From positions 1-54,654 of IMG/VR virus record IMGVR_UViG_3300044515_000008: a stretch of 54,654 nt of DNA; one strand, written 5' to 3'. The stretch is from a virus (taxonomy: Duplodnaviria; Caudoviricetes). The notes below the pieces were generated by a model. That model saw only the letters and a program-made list of their open reading frames with translations, did not search any database and had not been told where the DNA came from. Both the position numbers and the translations under genes were made by a program. This document shows, piece by piece, positions 53,311 to 54,654 of the stretch (positions within the stretch are counted from its first letter, which is position 1; each line of letters starts with the position of its first letter).

Positions 53311-53674
53311 CGTCGTTCGTGTAGATGCGTAACTCTTTGCGCAGCATGACGATTTCCGTTTCCATATCGGTGATGCGACCCTTAGCAATCGCCATGCGCT
53401 TTTCCCAATCGGACTCAATCTCTTGGACGCGTTCCCTAGAGCGGGCTTCGCTTTCCTTGAGTTGTGCGCGAATGTCGTCACGCTCTTTTTGAATCGCAAT
53501 GGTGAGGCTTTGCCATGACACAACGCTTGTGGCGTCTGCCGCCGCGCGTAGCTTCTCTGCTGCGACTATCGCTTCTGCGCGCCGTTTGCGGCGCTGCAAC
53601 CACACGGGAATGAATACGGTTCCGACGCCCGCCATGACGACGGTTGCAACGGCAGTGGCGTCAACAACATTCAC
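53303..53674 (-). CDS. Single-TM coiled-coil protein
   Basis: N-terminal TM segment plus heptad region. Confidence 0.7.
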   Translation of the reverse strand: MNVVDATAVATVVMAGVGTVFIPVWLQRRKRRAEAIVAAEKLRAAADATSVVSWQSLTIAIQKERDDIRAQLKESEARSRERVQEIESDWEKRMAIAKGRITDMETEIVMLRKELRIYTNDDG

Positions 53675-54069
53675 CGCTCACCCACCGCTTCGGATTCCCT
53701 GTCCACCTCGACGGCCGTCTGTAATGCCACATATAGAAAGACGCCCCATGACAGAACATTGACCACTGTCGTTGCGCTATCGGTGAACCAACGCACGACA
53801 AAGCCCACCCACCACGAACCGACTAATACGATATTCAATGTGTGGGTAAGCGTGATCAGCGTTCGCGAATGGCGGAATTTCAAACTCGCAAGCGTGAGGA
53901 TTCCGGCGACCAGATACAGGCATGCCCAGACGAGAGGCCCGAAGATCTGCAACAGGTTCGCGTATGCGGCGCCGCGCTCAAAGCGCCCGGTTTGAAACCA
54001 CAAACTCAGCGCGAGCGCGATAAACACCGTTGATAGCATGATGATATGCGACCGCGAATCGCGGATCAT
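53671..54069 (-). CDS. Four-TM membrane protein
   Basis: Four hydrophobic segments; ATGA coupling. Confidence 0.7.
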   Translation of the reverse strand: MIRDSRSHIIMLSTVFIALALSLWFQTGRFERGAAYANLLQIFGPLVWACLYLVAGILTLASLKFRHSRTLITLTHTLNIVLVGSWWVGFVVRWFTDSATTVVNVLSWGVFLYVALQTAVEVDRESEAVGER

Positions 54070-54587
54070 GCCCGAGCTTCGATCAACCGTGGATCGGCCT
54101 GGTGCTCGACGTCGTCCGGCGCCGTGTCTCCATACCGCTTGTTCATTTCGGCCAGTGAGGATTGCTGCTGGACTACCGCAATGCCCAATGCTGCGCGGTT
54201 CTTCGGGCCGTAGCCGATCTGTGCTTCGTCGGCGCGGATCGATGTTTCCAGCTTGAGCGCCATTTCAAATGCGGGATTCTTTGTTGCCTTTGTAATGGCG
54301 TCGTCGTCATCGCGCATTGTCAGAACTGGGCTTCGGTCCGACCTATCCATTAGCCCATTGTATCGATCAATGTTTCTAATCCATCGTTCGACAATCATTG
54401 TTTCTGATTCATGGACTAAACCACTAACGACGTCTTCCCAATAGGCATGCCACAATTCCTTAGACCCTTTGCGCTTTAGTCCACGCGGCAATGCCGGTGC
54501 CGTCGTGCGTACATGCGCGGTCAATTCGACTTGCTGCCCATTGCGGGAATCAACCGCCGTGCCTGCTGGCTTCTTTGTGCGAGGCAT
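54066..54587 (-). CDS. terS: Terminase small subunit (P27-like)
   Basis: P.LP..L.....W..YW...NPA.......E.QIG..PK.RA.LG. Confidence 0.85.
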   Translation of the reverse strand: MPRTKKPAGTAVDSRNGQQVELTAHVRTTAPALPRGLKRKGSKELWHAYWEDVVSGLVHESETMIVERWIRNIDRYNGLMDRSDRSPVLTMRDDDDAITKATKNPAFEMALKLETSIRADEAQIGYGPKNRAALGIAVVQQQSSLAEMNKRYGDTAPDDVEHQADPRLIEARA

Positions 54588-54654
54588 GCCCGCATGCCCC
54601 TTTCCTGATTCGGCGCCACGGCCTTGACGTTTGGTACCACGAATAAAGATGAGG

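Larger units (their letters stand above)
1..54654. mobile_element. Temperate actinobacteriophage genome (HK97-like siphovirus), apparently complete
   Basis: Full set of packaging, head, tail, lysis, lysogeny and replication modules; no host housekeeping genes; HNH and terS become neighbours on circularisation. Confidence 0.93.

Overview
Apparently complete ~54.7 kb genome of a temperate HK97-like siphovirus of a high-GC actinobacterium, probably a filamentous actinomycete given the XRE-DUF5753/DUF397 genes. It is opened between the HNH gene and the small terminase. Most genes are on the minus strand, read right to left: packaging, head, an unusual cluster of extra head-region genes, tail (with a -1 frameshifted chaperone), GH25 endolysin and holin, a cassette-like small-gene region, a DUF397-rich regulatory island, a lysogeny module (repressor, tyrosine integrase, putative attP near 22.0-22.3 kb), then early and replication genes (AAA+ ATPase, Cas4-like nuclease, SSB, primase-helicase, putative origin, EndoVII, HNH). 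Two RNA-level signals stand out. (1) A ~430 nt non-coding stretch right after a DUF7873-like gene holds two tandem circularly permuted tRNA-like domains, hexamer repeats and a detached anticodon-like hairpin, with no Ro60 gene in the genome. (2) Four covarying tRNA-minihelix-like leaders precede small genes at 30.3-31.6 kb, and a nearby candidate small RNA is antisense to their shared linker. All assignments come from reading the sequence; no searches or folding programs were run.
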